Assembly (NCBI RefSeq): GCF_006345805.1
Contig: NC_043004.1
Span: forward strand, 10,044,001-10,108,000
Origin: Octopus sinensis
Lineage: Eukaryota
Direction of reading: 5' to 3'
DNA: 64,000 nt
Below the pieces are notes generated by a model that was not told where the DNA came from, searched no databases, and saw nothing but the letters and a program-made list of their open reading frames with translations. This document shows positions 53,320 through 64,000 of the stretch, one piece after another; the first letter of the stretch is position 1; the number at the start of each line of letters is the position of its first letter. The translations under genes and the position numbers were made by a program.

Positions 53320-53572
53320 TGTGTACCCGCGTGCGGCTTCGCTTAGCCTCTAAACGTAGTAGTCCATGGGACTTAAATGTTGACGGTTTAGTGCTATGCG
53401 ACCGGTTTAGTGCTATGCGACTGGTTTAGTGCTATGCGACCAGTTTAGTGCTATGCGACCGTAAAAATTGTCTGGTATCCATCTTGGGTTACTTGGGTTT
53501 TGTGAGAAGGCGGCGGGTCTTGTTGAAACACGTATGAACTTCCATCGTGTATTTCATCAATCCAAGTCTCAA
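53320..53572 (-). mobile_element. maT/DD37D-type transposase fragment with a 4x19-bp tandem repeat (53385-53460)
   Basis: WIDEIHDGSSYVFQQD..SHK and LSPMDYYV motifs. Confidence 0.65.
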
Positions 53573-53669
53573 CAGCGACGACGAAATAATACCAGCAGCA
53601 GCAGCAACAACAGTAGCTGCAGCAACAGCAGCAGCAGCAACAACAAAACAACAACAACATATATTCAAG

Positions 53670-54300
53670 GGTGGCGAGCTGGCAGAAACGTTAGCACGCC
53701 GGGCGAAATAGGAAGCCGTATTTCGTCTGCCGTTACGTTCTGAGTTCAAATTCCGCCGAGGTCGATTTTACCTTTCATCCTTTCAGGGTCGATAAATTAA
53801 GTACCATTTACGCACTGGGGTTAATGTAATCAACTTGATCCGTTTGTCTGTCCTTGTTTGTCCTCTCTGTGTTTAGCCCCTTGTGGGTAGTAAAGAAATA
53901 GGTATTTTGTCTGCCGTTACGTTCTGAGTTCAAATTCCGTCGAGGTCGACTTTGCCTTTCATCCTTTCGGGGTCGATTAAATAAGTACCAGTTACGCACT
54001 GGAGTCGATATAATCGACTTAATCCCTTTGTCTATCCTTGTTTGCCCCCTCTATGTTTAGCTCCTTGTGGGCATTAAAGAAATAAGAATCGTTAGAACGC
54101 CAGGCTAAATGCTCAGCGGTATTTCGTCTGACGCTACATTCTGAGTTCAAATTATGCCGAAGTCGATTTTGTTTTTCATCCTTTTGGGATCAATTAAATA
54201 AGTACCAGTTACGCAGTGGGGTCGATTTAATCGACTTAATCCCTTTGTCTGTCTTTGTTTGTCCCCTCTATATTTGGCTTCCTGTGGGCAATAAAGAAAT
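53670..54300 (+). mobile_element. SINE family B trimer
   Basis: Three body+tail-1 units; TSD ACATATATTCAAG at 53657-53669 and 54301-54313. Confidence 0.92.
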
Positions 54301-54664
54301 ACATATATTCAAGATACTAAGCCACAACAAACCGTACAATTGTGGTTCTGATATGACATCCGGGAATATTTTTAGTCGAGAATCTTCGAAGTTATGTTAT
54401 TACATGAACTATTTGAACAGCGACATACTTACTTGGCAAAAAGAAAAAGAAGTTCATTATTGTGAACAGAGGTGTCGATTGTCTAAGTTTTCCATTAGCT
54501 AATAACCATTAGGTTATTTCATTTGCAATGACGGGAGTGACAAAGGTGTGCCTGCAGATGGCGGGCAGAACAAATACGCAGAACACACACATGCACATAT
54601 ATACACACATATTCACAATCAGACAAACATACAAATACACAGAGGCAGATACACACACACACAC

Positions 54665-54739
<75 letters not shown>

Positions 54740-54809
54740 GAGGAACATTTTTCATTTAAGCGTGCCATTCCGAATATTTGCTGGCCGCAGTTTCCCCGTG
54801 ACTGTTCTA

Positions 54810-55666
54810 CGAAGAGGTACCCAAAAGTAACCGGAAACGTTCTCTGTGGGCAAAGCTCGTTGTAGTTCAGGCATCCACCGCTAGAAGTCACTTGATGCAA
54901 TTCTCAGGCATCAGTGCGTCCTTGCTTTGCAGTGCTTCACCCCTGTTCGTTGATTTTTGCGATGACTGAAACGAAGGAAGAGCGTGCGTCCGTGTAATTC
55001 TGTTTTCTGCTCCGGAAAACACCGACCGAAACAGTTGTCAATCTTCAAACAGTTTACAAGGACGCTGCCATGAGCAGGACTCGAGTTTACGAGTGGTCTT
55101 CATGCTTTAGGAATGGTCACGTTTTGCTTGACAACCAACCTCGTTCAGGACAGCCGTCGACCTCCCGAACGAATGAAAACATCATGAAAATTCATGAACT
55201 GATCTTGGAGGACAATCACTGAAAAATCGGTGGATTTGTTGATAAGACTGGCTCCTGCCAGCGAATTCTGAGCGAGGAATTGCGAATGAAAATAATTGCA
55301 GCAAAATTTGTGCCTAGCTTGCTCACGGAAGATCAAAAGTAGTCACGCCTGAATGCGTGTCGTGAACTGAAGGATCTTGCTCCTTGTGACCTTTTTTTTT
55401 TGTTACTCCGAATGAAAAAAGTCCTTAAAGGAAAACGTTTTGCAGTTGTAAAAGAGGAGAAGAAAAAAAAATAAATAAAACGAAGGTGGCGTTAAAAAAC
55501 ATCACATCTCAAGGGTTCTATGATTGCTTCGAAAATTGGGGAACGAGTCTGGACCGATGCATTACTTCTAATGGAGAATACTCTGAAGGCAATAAAAGTG
55601 TAAACATGTAAAACATGAATAAAATAAGAGTTGCAAAATTCCGGTTTCTTTTGGGTACCCACCTCA
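54810..55666 (+). mobile_element. Internally deleted mariner
   Basis: TIRs ..GGTACCCAAAAGTAACCGGAA/TTCCGGTTTCTTTTGGGTACC.. with TA flanks; RTRVYEW..PRSGQPSTS..AAKFVP fused to DLAPCD. Confidence 0.9.
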
Positions 55667-56102
55667 TACAGGTTCAACTGGTTTGCTAGAAAGAGAAACC
55701 AAAACGCCTTAAATCACAAAGATAACCACCTTAAAACTTCAGACATATTTACTGGAACAAATGTAAATATGTTTAAATATCAGCGTGGTCTTTCTTGAAG
55801 AAATAAATAGCTTAACCATCACAGCAATATTAAAACTCGGTTTGTATGTCACATTTGTTTTATAATCAAAATATATTGTCTTATATGCAGCCGTCCCCAA
55901 ACAGTTAAACGCTTTAAATGAAACACTGAAATAACAATAAATTTAAATACTACACCCAATTTTAATGTAAAATTTAAAATTCATTTCTACACCACACCCG
56001 GTTCTCGTTTGCTGACTTTTAATAACCGGCGTCTGTTTTTTAAATGAGTGTTATTAAATGAAATCAAAATCTTCAAAGGAATATATATATATATCCATAT
56101 AT

Positions 56103-56142
<40 letters not shown>

Positions 56143-56343
56143 GTGCGCGTGTGTGTGCGCACGTGTGCGTGTGTGTGTGTGTGTGTATGTATATATGTAT
56201 ATATGTATATATTTATTTATATATATTTCTACGTGTAAGTGGATGTATGCCTTTTATGTGTGTGGAGTGAGTGTATATGTGTGAGTATGTGTACTTTGTG
56301 AGTGTATATATTTATGGGTATGACCATATACATGAATGTGTTA

Positions 56344-56393
<50 letters not shown>

Positions 56394-56929
56394 ATGTATG
56401 TATATGCATATAAAGTGTATATCTATACGTAAGCATATATGTCCATGTACATGTACGTGTGTATATACACACACACATATATATACACACAAATACACAC
56501 ACACTCATATATATATATATATATACATGCTCACACACATATACACACGCTTCCACTCTCCAACACGCATACGAACTCACATACACACATATATGTCAAC
56601 CTGTATTTCCATTATTACTGAAATACGACGGGAATAAAGAAAAAATGCGCACACACTCTTTGTTAACAAAGAGACGTAGTATTCAAAATTAATCTTAAGA
56701 GATGTCAGCGTCTAGTCTAACTTTGTCGATATTCGATATAATAGTTATACGACATTAAAATAGCAGGTGGAATGCTGTGTCGGCGGGTATTTATTTGTCT
56801 GTTTGTTTATTTGTTTTTTAGTTTATTTTCGTGAGAGAAGTTGTGAAGGTGGAGTAAGAATTGAGGTGGAGTAGGAGGGAAGAATAAAAGAAGGGAAATC
56901 TGTAAAGAGGGACTGTTGACGTAAAGGAG

Positions 56930-57997
56930 GATGAGAGACGGAAAATAATAAACAGAAAGAGGGAGGGAGGGAGATAGAGGGGAGGAAGAAAGAGGGGGAG
57001 GAAGAGAGAGGGGAAGGAGAGAGAGGGGAGGAAGAGAAAGGGGGAGGAAGAGAGAGGGGGGAGAAAGAGAGGAAGAAAAATAGGGGAGGAAGAGAAAGGG
57101 GGAGGAAGAGAGAGGAGAGGAAGAGAGAGGGAAGGGAGAGGTGGGGAGAGGGAGAGAAACGAAAGATGGAGAGAGAGTTGGAGAAAAGGAGAGAATCAGA
57201 AGAGAAGATTAAAGCGAGCGGACAACAGAGAAAGAGAGAGGGAGAGAGGGAGAGAGAGAGGTTGGGAAGATATGGAGAGAAAAAGAGACAGAGCGATTGT
57301 AGGAAAGACAGTTAGAGAAAATGGAAGATAAAGAAAGCATGAATGGGAATGAGATAGCGAGAGAAGGAAGGAGGAGGGGAGAGTTGGAGAGGTAAATGAG
57401 AGGAGAGAGATGTGTGATGGAAAGAGATGAGAGAGAATAAAGAGAGTCGGAAGATAAAGAAAGCAAGAGACAGAGAGAGAGAGAGAGGGAAAGAGAGGGA
57501 GAGAGAGAGGGAGCGAGAGGGAGAAAGAGAGACGGAGAGAGAGGCAGTGAAGAGAGACGGAGAAAGAGACAGTGAAGAGAGAGAGAGAGAGAGGGAGAAA
57601 GGGAGAGACAAAGAGAAACTGAATTTAAAGAGAAACTGAATTTATGAGAGATGCATGAAGTAGCATAATGCTTGATAACAATAGTGACCGAAAAGAGTGT
57701 GGGTGGGAGGAAGAGAGGATAGAAAGAAAAAAAGGAGAAGGTTCTAAGAATACCTTTAGAATAATAGCTATGGAGGGAAAAAGAGAGAGAGAAAGAGTGA
57801 GAGAGAGAGAGGGAGAGAAAAAGAAAGAGAGAGAAAGGGAGTGGAGAGAGAGAGAGAAAGACAGACAGAGAGAAAGCGTGAGGAAGAGAGTGAGAGAACA
57901 TGTAAGGAAGAGAGAATGAGTTAAAATAGAAGACGCTAATAAAGAGCTTTTATTGACTTCAACAAATTGGCGGTTGTTAAAGAGAAGAAGAAAGAAG

Positions 57998-58041
<44 letters not shown>

Positions 58042-58075
58042 GATGGGGAAACGAGAAGAAAAGAAAGAAAAAGTG
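56930..58075. repeat. Long GA-rich polypurine low-complexity tract
   Basis: Directly visible. Confidence 0.9.
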
Positions 58076-58534
58076 AAGAGCTCTCAGCGATTATGATGAT
58101 ACTAAAGGATAAAAAGAGCGAGGGCGGGATAGGAAGATGAAAGGCAGTTAAGATGATAGCAAAGAGCAATTGAACAATTGAAGTCGTCTGGAAGATAGAA
58201 GATGTCGGTCAGCAAAATAAATGGATATAAAGATGGATATATAGATAAAGTTCAGAAAGTAATGCAAAATGAAGAAAAATCCCACGAGCAAAATGTAAGA
58301 ATTCGTTATGTAATGGATTAATAAATCAATTCAGAACATGAATATATAAAGCTTCACTATGAAAGCAGGTTTTAAAAAGAAAGTACGTATCTGTATAATT
58401 TGTTAACGGCTAAACGAGTGAGATTGGCATCCTAAATACATTTATGTACATACATATGAAATAGACTCTATATTACATAAGTAAAAGCAGTCATCTTGTT
58501 CCATTGGAATTCTAATAACATCGAAACCAAAGCG

Positions 58535-58740
58535 CCATCTGGCAGAGTCGTTAGCAAGCCAGGAGAAATACTTAGGGTATTTGGTCCGTCTTCCCGTTCT
58601 GAGTTCAAATTCCACCGAGGTCGACTTTGTCTTTCATCTTTTCTGGGTCGGTAAAATTAAGTACCAGTTGAATACTGGGGTCGATGTAATAGATTTAAAC
58701 CCTTCCCCGAAATTGCTGGCCTTGTGCCAAAATTCGAAAT
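58535..58740 (+). mobile_element. SINE family B (tail 2)
   Basis: Body and tail match. Confidence 0.8.
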
Positions 58741-59242
58741 CTGTAACATACATACCAACAGTGTCCAACTTCCACATCAAGGTTCCTTCCATCTATCCCA
58801 TTGACTCCAAACCCACCTACCACTTCTTTTGATTTCCCAGGGTTCGTGTAATCTGTAACAGAAACTACGGCTCCAGAGACACCAAATGCATCACTTCATG
58901 CTAGGGAAGAGTCCGGACCCTCCGGGAATACAGCCTTCTATCGAGTCCCTACTATCAACCGTATCTCGAACCTTTTTCCTAACCCTCGTCCACTCTTCCG
59001 CTGCACTCCTTCCCTTGTCACTTCACACTTACTACCCGGATGCTGACTACACCATTTTCGCATCTACCATCTTCTATAAACCGACCATTGTTTTCATCCT
59101 TCCGTCATTTAAGTGAGCTCTTGGCCAACATTTCTTTTATCCGCATCCATTACATTCAATCTTTGACTTCCTTCTTGATCCAGCACTTAATGCAACACTT
59201 GTCGTTTCACCTCTAACACCACAACTTTATTTGCTAAGTCTA

Positions 59243-59699
59243 TCTTAATATGAATTTGTGTGATGTTTCTCTGTCCGTTACGTTTTTATGTTCGTTAACT
59301 CCTCCTAGACCGTTGGTGCAAGGATAACGAAACTCAAACCAGCAACTCCCCTAATCCTAGGGAATGTCCCAAGGGAGTCTAATTTTGTAAGGGCCGCCTA
59401 ATTGGGGCTCCATTGAACCCCCATTTTTACTGCATTTTAAACTAAATACATGAGAGTATCGTAAGGAGATTCAATTTCTGAAGGGCCGCTTAAATGGGGC
59501 CCCACTGATCCACCCACTATTATTACTGCATTTATCTTGCTCCTACGCTTATTGATTAAACTATGATCAGCATCAGTTCTTAGCACATTTGCAGAAATAA
59601 GTTTCATTACACAAGGGTAGATAGTAAGGCCGAAGGTGTCGAAAGTGCCTTCCGCAGGAGCTAGTCTGAATGCCACCCGAAGGGTGGCTTCAAGACTAG
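59243..59699 (+). mobile_element. Complete non-autonomous Helitron with two tandem 3' termini
   Basis: A|TC start; GCCACCC-gaa-GGGTGGC hairpin (59672-59688) then CTAG|T; an upstream GAAGG..CCTTC hairpin plus CTAG at 59661-59664. Confidence 0.8.
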
Positions 59700-59859
59700 T
59701 ACTGTAAATACGGTGATGTAGAGAAAGGAACAGGACAATAGCATTATAATAACAGTAATAATAATGATAATAATAAATAAATAAAAATATAATTCCTAGT
59801 TATTCAAATTTCCGATCACTTCGATACGACTTCTACTAATTTGGTTTACTGCATTACTC

Positions 59860-60090
59860 ACTCCCTTTGTCATAACCATACTTTTTATACAGATTGGATC
59901 GTGGCTGCCTTGGTGATCGCTTCTGTGAACATCTAGATAACTGCAATAGCATCCATGACATCTCGAAACCTGTATTATATAGCTTCAACTTTCCCTGATT
60001 ATTCTCCGTTACTGCTTTGTTAATAAAATTCACCAACATCAGTTCATTTTCCGACGACGAATTTCCACCCTTAACGGCATAAATACTCGA
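59860..60090 (+). mobile_element. Penelope-like GIY-YIG endonuclease relic
   Basis: CLGDRFCEHL..KPVLYSFN..QFIFRRRISTLNGIN resembles LGDRFREH..PVAxHFN..LIFxLxTLxPxGIN. Confidence 0.65.
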
Positions 60091-60217
60091 CTCAAAGTCT
60101 ATCACTCCAATACTCATCCAACTCTGACTTCTCCTGCTATTCTTGACTTCACGCGCTTGTCTGCTTTTGTTTCTTTGCTACTATGTGTCTGTGATTGTTG
60201 ATTAACTAACACTATAC

Positions 60218-60432
60218 TCTTTTCAACTCTAGGCACAAGGCCCGAAATTTTTGGGTAGATCACCAGTCGATTAGATCGACTCCGGTACGCAGCTAATACT
60301 TAATTTATTGACCCCGAAAGGATGAAAAGCAAAGTCGACCTCGACGGAATTTGAACTCAGAACGTAAAGGCAGACGAAATACCGCTAAGTATTTCGCCCG
60401 GCGTGCTAACGATTCTGCCAGCTCACCGCCTT
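60218..60432 (-). mobile_element. SINE family B monomer (tail 2)
   Basis: TSD TTAACTAACACTATAC at 60202-60217 and 60433-60448. Confidence 0.92.
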
Positions 60433-60566
60433 TTAACTAACACTATACAGTTAGCACGTAACTTCCCCTTCTTTCAGTCACCTGTCAAACCAAACACACC
60501 AACCACCTGTCTCACTAACTCAAACCATGTATGTTTTTCTTCAAACATACATAAATACATACATAG

Positions 60567-60620
<54 letters not shown>

Positions 60621-61007
60621 AGTGATGGATTCGAGGGTTTCGTTTATTTACGAGATGATTTCTTAATTTCACCGGAGTATAAATACCTGTAATGGTGATA
60701 CTGAAAAAAAATCGAACTTACAAATTTCCCGATAAGCAAGTTTAGTCAAACACTTACAAAGCTTAATACAGTTCAATTAAAAAGCACGAGTAAGCAACGC
60801 ATTGTAAACCACACTATAATTTTCGCAAAAATTTACCTGTGCGCTGGGAGCCCATCCGATGCCTTATTGTTTTTTTTTACACATTTATCCTTTTCCCACT
60901 TACAGGACCAGTCAACTGATCATCTTATCTGCGAAGTGTCAGACATCTCCACTTCTCATTCCAACCAAGTCCATTGATCGGGTTAAACTCTCTTGGGTTA
61001 TATTTCT

Positions 61008-61423
61008 TATTTCTTTATTGCCCACAAGGGGCTAAACATGGAGGGGACAAACAAGGACAGACAAATGGACTAAGTCGATTACATCGACCCCAGTGCGTAA
61101 CTGATACTTAATTTATCGACCCCGAAAGGATGAAAGGCAAAGTCAGCCTCGGCGGAATTTGAAATCAGAACGTAGCGGCTGACGAAATACCTATTTCTTT
61201 ACTACCCACAAGGGGATAAACACAGAGAGGACAAAAAAGGACAGACATACGGATTAAGTCGATTATATCGACCCCAGTGCGTAACTGGTACTTAGTTTAT
61301 CGACCCCGAAAGGACGAAAGGCAAAGTCGACCTCGGCGGAATTTGAACTCAGAACGTAACGGCAGACGAAATACCGCTAAGCATTTCGCCCGGTGTGCTA
61401 ACGATTCTGCCAGCTCGCTGCCG
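61008..61423 (-). mobile_element. SINE family B dimer (tail 1)
   Basis: TSD TCTCTTGGGTTATATTTCT at 60989-61007 and 61424-61442. Confidence 0.92.
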
Positions 61424-61639
61424 TCTCTTGGGTTATATTTCTGTATCATAAGTGTTATTGTTTAGTCACCGGATCGATCCTGATCGAGCAAACCGTTAAT
61501 CAAAATCATTCCAACCATGTCTAACCTCTCCCAAATACAGTGCATCAAGATCTGTATTATCTAACGTGTCGTTGCTATCTAAAAACTCTCCGGTGTGCGA
61601 GTTTAAGGAGTTTTGGCTTTTGTTTCTAGCAAACAAAGC

Positions 61640-61790
61640 AAAAGCGTAGAGGTCCACCTGTTGAGTCTGATGTAGCCACGTAGTCACAGTAGAGACAAAC
61701 AATTTGGGTTCAGAGAAGGTTCAACAGTTGCTGCTCCCTTGCAGTTATCTTTTGATGATTGTCATCGGTTGTTTAACGTTCAGCTCAACC
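61640..61790 (+). mobile_element. Possible LINE RT relic
   Basis: DKQFGFREGST motif only. Confidence 0.35.
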
Positions 61791-62124
61791 GTGATTATGA
61801 AACTTGTTATCAAATGCAGAGCAGTTATGTCCAGTGTAGCCTTTCCTTCTAGACAACAGAATACAATTAAGGGATATTTAGCTGTTTTTTCTAGCAGGTA
61901 GAACAACTGCATGGATGGTCTCACGCTGCTTTATTCATTTTACCTCTCTTGTGTTGCTGATACTCTTAGGAAAGACATAAACATCTCAACATCCCATTTT
62001 TTTCTCTTTAAAAATATAGACAGGATACACTACTCGATAAAAAGTATTTTGCATTCTGTCCTTCACGGTCTTACATACAGATACACAAACACGCGCATAC
62101 AGACACATACAGACAATTACAGAT

Positions 62125-62172
<48 letters not shown>

Positions 62173-62339
62173 ACACTAAATAGAATCTTTGGTTAGAAAC
62201 CACAAAGCAATCAGGCGAATGATCCGATATTGTTAAAAAAATATCCTTCGATTACTTAACTTTGAATAATATATATGTATTGATTTTGAACAAACCTATT
62301 TTTGTAATTTGCAGTTATTTTGGCTGTCTTACAAATAAC

Positions 62340-62790
62340 ATCATCAATTTATTATTTAGACGATGCAATGTGTTAGGAAGCAAATACACATCGACAACTG
62401 GTTCTCATATTTTTCAGTTTCAAATTATTCTCCTTCGAGAAGATTCGATGTCAATATTGCAACCGCTAAACTAAACCTCAATGTTCATCTCCGTACATTG
62501 ATGAAAAGGAGAGAAACTTTTCCTTCTTGAAGTACAGAACATCAATAAAAGACTACGAGTTGCTAGAAGTGGTAAGAAGTCAGTTCTATTCAGATGGATA
62601 ATATGATCAACATCTTATCCATTTGATCACAATTATTCATCTTTTCAGTGAGTCCTGTAACAGTGTTGATTTGGTGCTCACTTCTGAAGAAATGGTGCTT
62701 ATGTTGAAATTCTAGGGAAAATTACACGGAAGTGGCTCCCTGCAGTTTGTTAGCTTGATAACTACTTGGTCCTTAAACACGAAGTTTGTG
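62340..62790 (-). mobile_element. Possible old RTE relic
   Basis: DFLPLLATRSLLL resembles ELLPLLxxKGLSL; otherwise heavily decayed. Confidence 0.3.
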
Positions 62791-62918
62791 CTATGGTTTA
62801 TATATAAATACTTAGTCTAAGACATGGCAACATGAAAAATGTTTCATGAGCATGGAAAGCACATCTTCGCATCAAAATCAAATTATAGTGTTTGACTAAC
62901 AGAAACTGATGTGATCTA

Positions 62919-63334
62919 AGGCGGTGAGCTGGCAGAAACGTTAGCACGCTGGGCGAAACGCTTAGCGGTATTTCATCTGCCGCTACGTTCTGAGTTCAAA
63001 TTCCGCCGAGATCGACTTTGCCTTTCATCCTTTCGGGGTCGATAAATTAAGTACTAGTTACGCACTGGAGTCGATATAATTGACTTAATACCTATGTCTG
63101 TCCTTGTTTGTCCCCTCTGTGTTTAGCCCCTTGTGGGTAATAAAGAAATAGGTATTTCATCTGCCGCTACGTTCTGAGTTCAAATTCCGCCGAGGTCGAC
63201 TTTGCCTTTCATCCATTCGGGGTCGATAAATTAAGTACTAGTTACGCACTGGAGTCGATATAATTGACTTAATCCCTTTGTTTGTCCTTGTTTATCCCCT
63301 CTATGTTTAACCCCTTGTGGGCAATAAAGAATTA
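62919..63334 (+). mobile_element. SINE family B dimer (tail 1)
   Basis: Two near-identical units; AGAAACTGATGTG at 62901-62913 and 63335-63347. Confidence 0.92.
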
Positions 63335-63676
63335 AGAAACTGATGTGTCGTGTTCAATTTCAAACAGATACGTGCTTTTTTTCAGCAACACAATGTTTTG
63401 AGGGTTTACAACAGACCTCTGGAGGAAAGGTGAAGGAGCACGAAATTTCTACAGCAACATTTGATTTGCCTGAAGTGTATTTGAGCTACGTGAGAAGTGA
63501 ATTGCCAGCACAAGATGGAAACCCTCTGCTCAGAATCTTGCTCAGCGAAAAATTGAAAAAGTGTTTAGTAAAGATGGCGACTAATTGGCAGAAGCGTTGA
63601 AACGCCTGACGAAATGCTCTGCAGTATTTTTCTGGCTCTTCATGTTCTGAATTCAAACTCTGCTGAATTCAAATTT

Positions 63677-64000
63677 GGAGTGGCTGTGAGGTAAGTAGCT
63701 TGCTTACCAACCACATGGTTCCGGGTTCAGTCCCACTGCGTGACACCTTGGGCAAGTGTCTTCTACTATAGCTTCGGGCCGACCAAAGCCTTGTGAGTGG
63801 ATTTGGTAGACGGAAACTGTAAGAAACCCGTCGTATATATATGTATATATATGCATGTGTATGTATATGTTTGTGTGTCTGTGTTTGTCCCCCCAACATC
63901 GCTTGACGACCGATGCTGGTGTGTTTACGTTCCCGTAAATTAGCGGTTCGGCAAAAGAGAATAAATATACTAGGCTTACAAAGAATAAGTCCTGGGATCG
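63677..64000 (+). mobile_element. SINE family A (runs off the window)
   Basis: Head, core and the start of the tail. Confidence 0.9.

Noticed and set aside
53385-53460. CRISPR-like direct repeats
   Set aside because: No spacers, no cas genes and a eukaryotic context.
63343-63600. 85-aa non-repetitive ORF with candidate acceptors
   Set aside because: It starts inside a SINE TSD, ends in a SINE B head and has no recognisable domain; it would need RNA-seq or a homology search.

Overview
This is eukaryotic, repeat-saturated non-coding DNA. The SINE families and dense (TA)n/(CA)n/(TAA)n/(TATG)n microsatellites suggest an octopus or other coleoid cephalopod (inference from pattern recognition, not a database hit). 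I found no convincing host gene exon, rRNA, true tRNA or CRISPR array, and most ORFs in the track are translated microsatellites. The window holds layered, mostly decayed mobile elements: R4/Dong, Tx1 and RTE LINE pieces; Penelope-like elements (Neptune- and Naiad-type, several with minimal hammerhead ribozyme motifs); a Gypsy gag-protease relic; Tc1/mariner (DD34D, DD37D, DD41D), hAT and piggyBac elements; Helitrons; and at least six SINE families (labelled A-G here). The most interesting signals are: (1) a non-coding 580-bp, 1.3-copy direct-repeat unit carrying a hammerhead motif, resembling a retrozyme or Penelope pLTR; (2) a SINE whose 3' tail matches the 3' end of the Tx1 LINE and which moves as dimers and trimers; (3) three Dong fragments stacked in one (TAA)n tract; and (4) an RTE ORF ending in three C2H2 zinc fingers. 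All assignments were made by eye, and element boundaries without a TSD or TIR are approximate.
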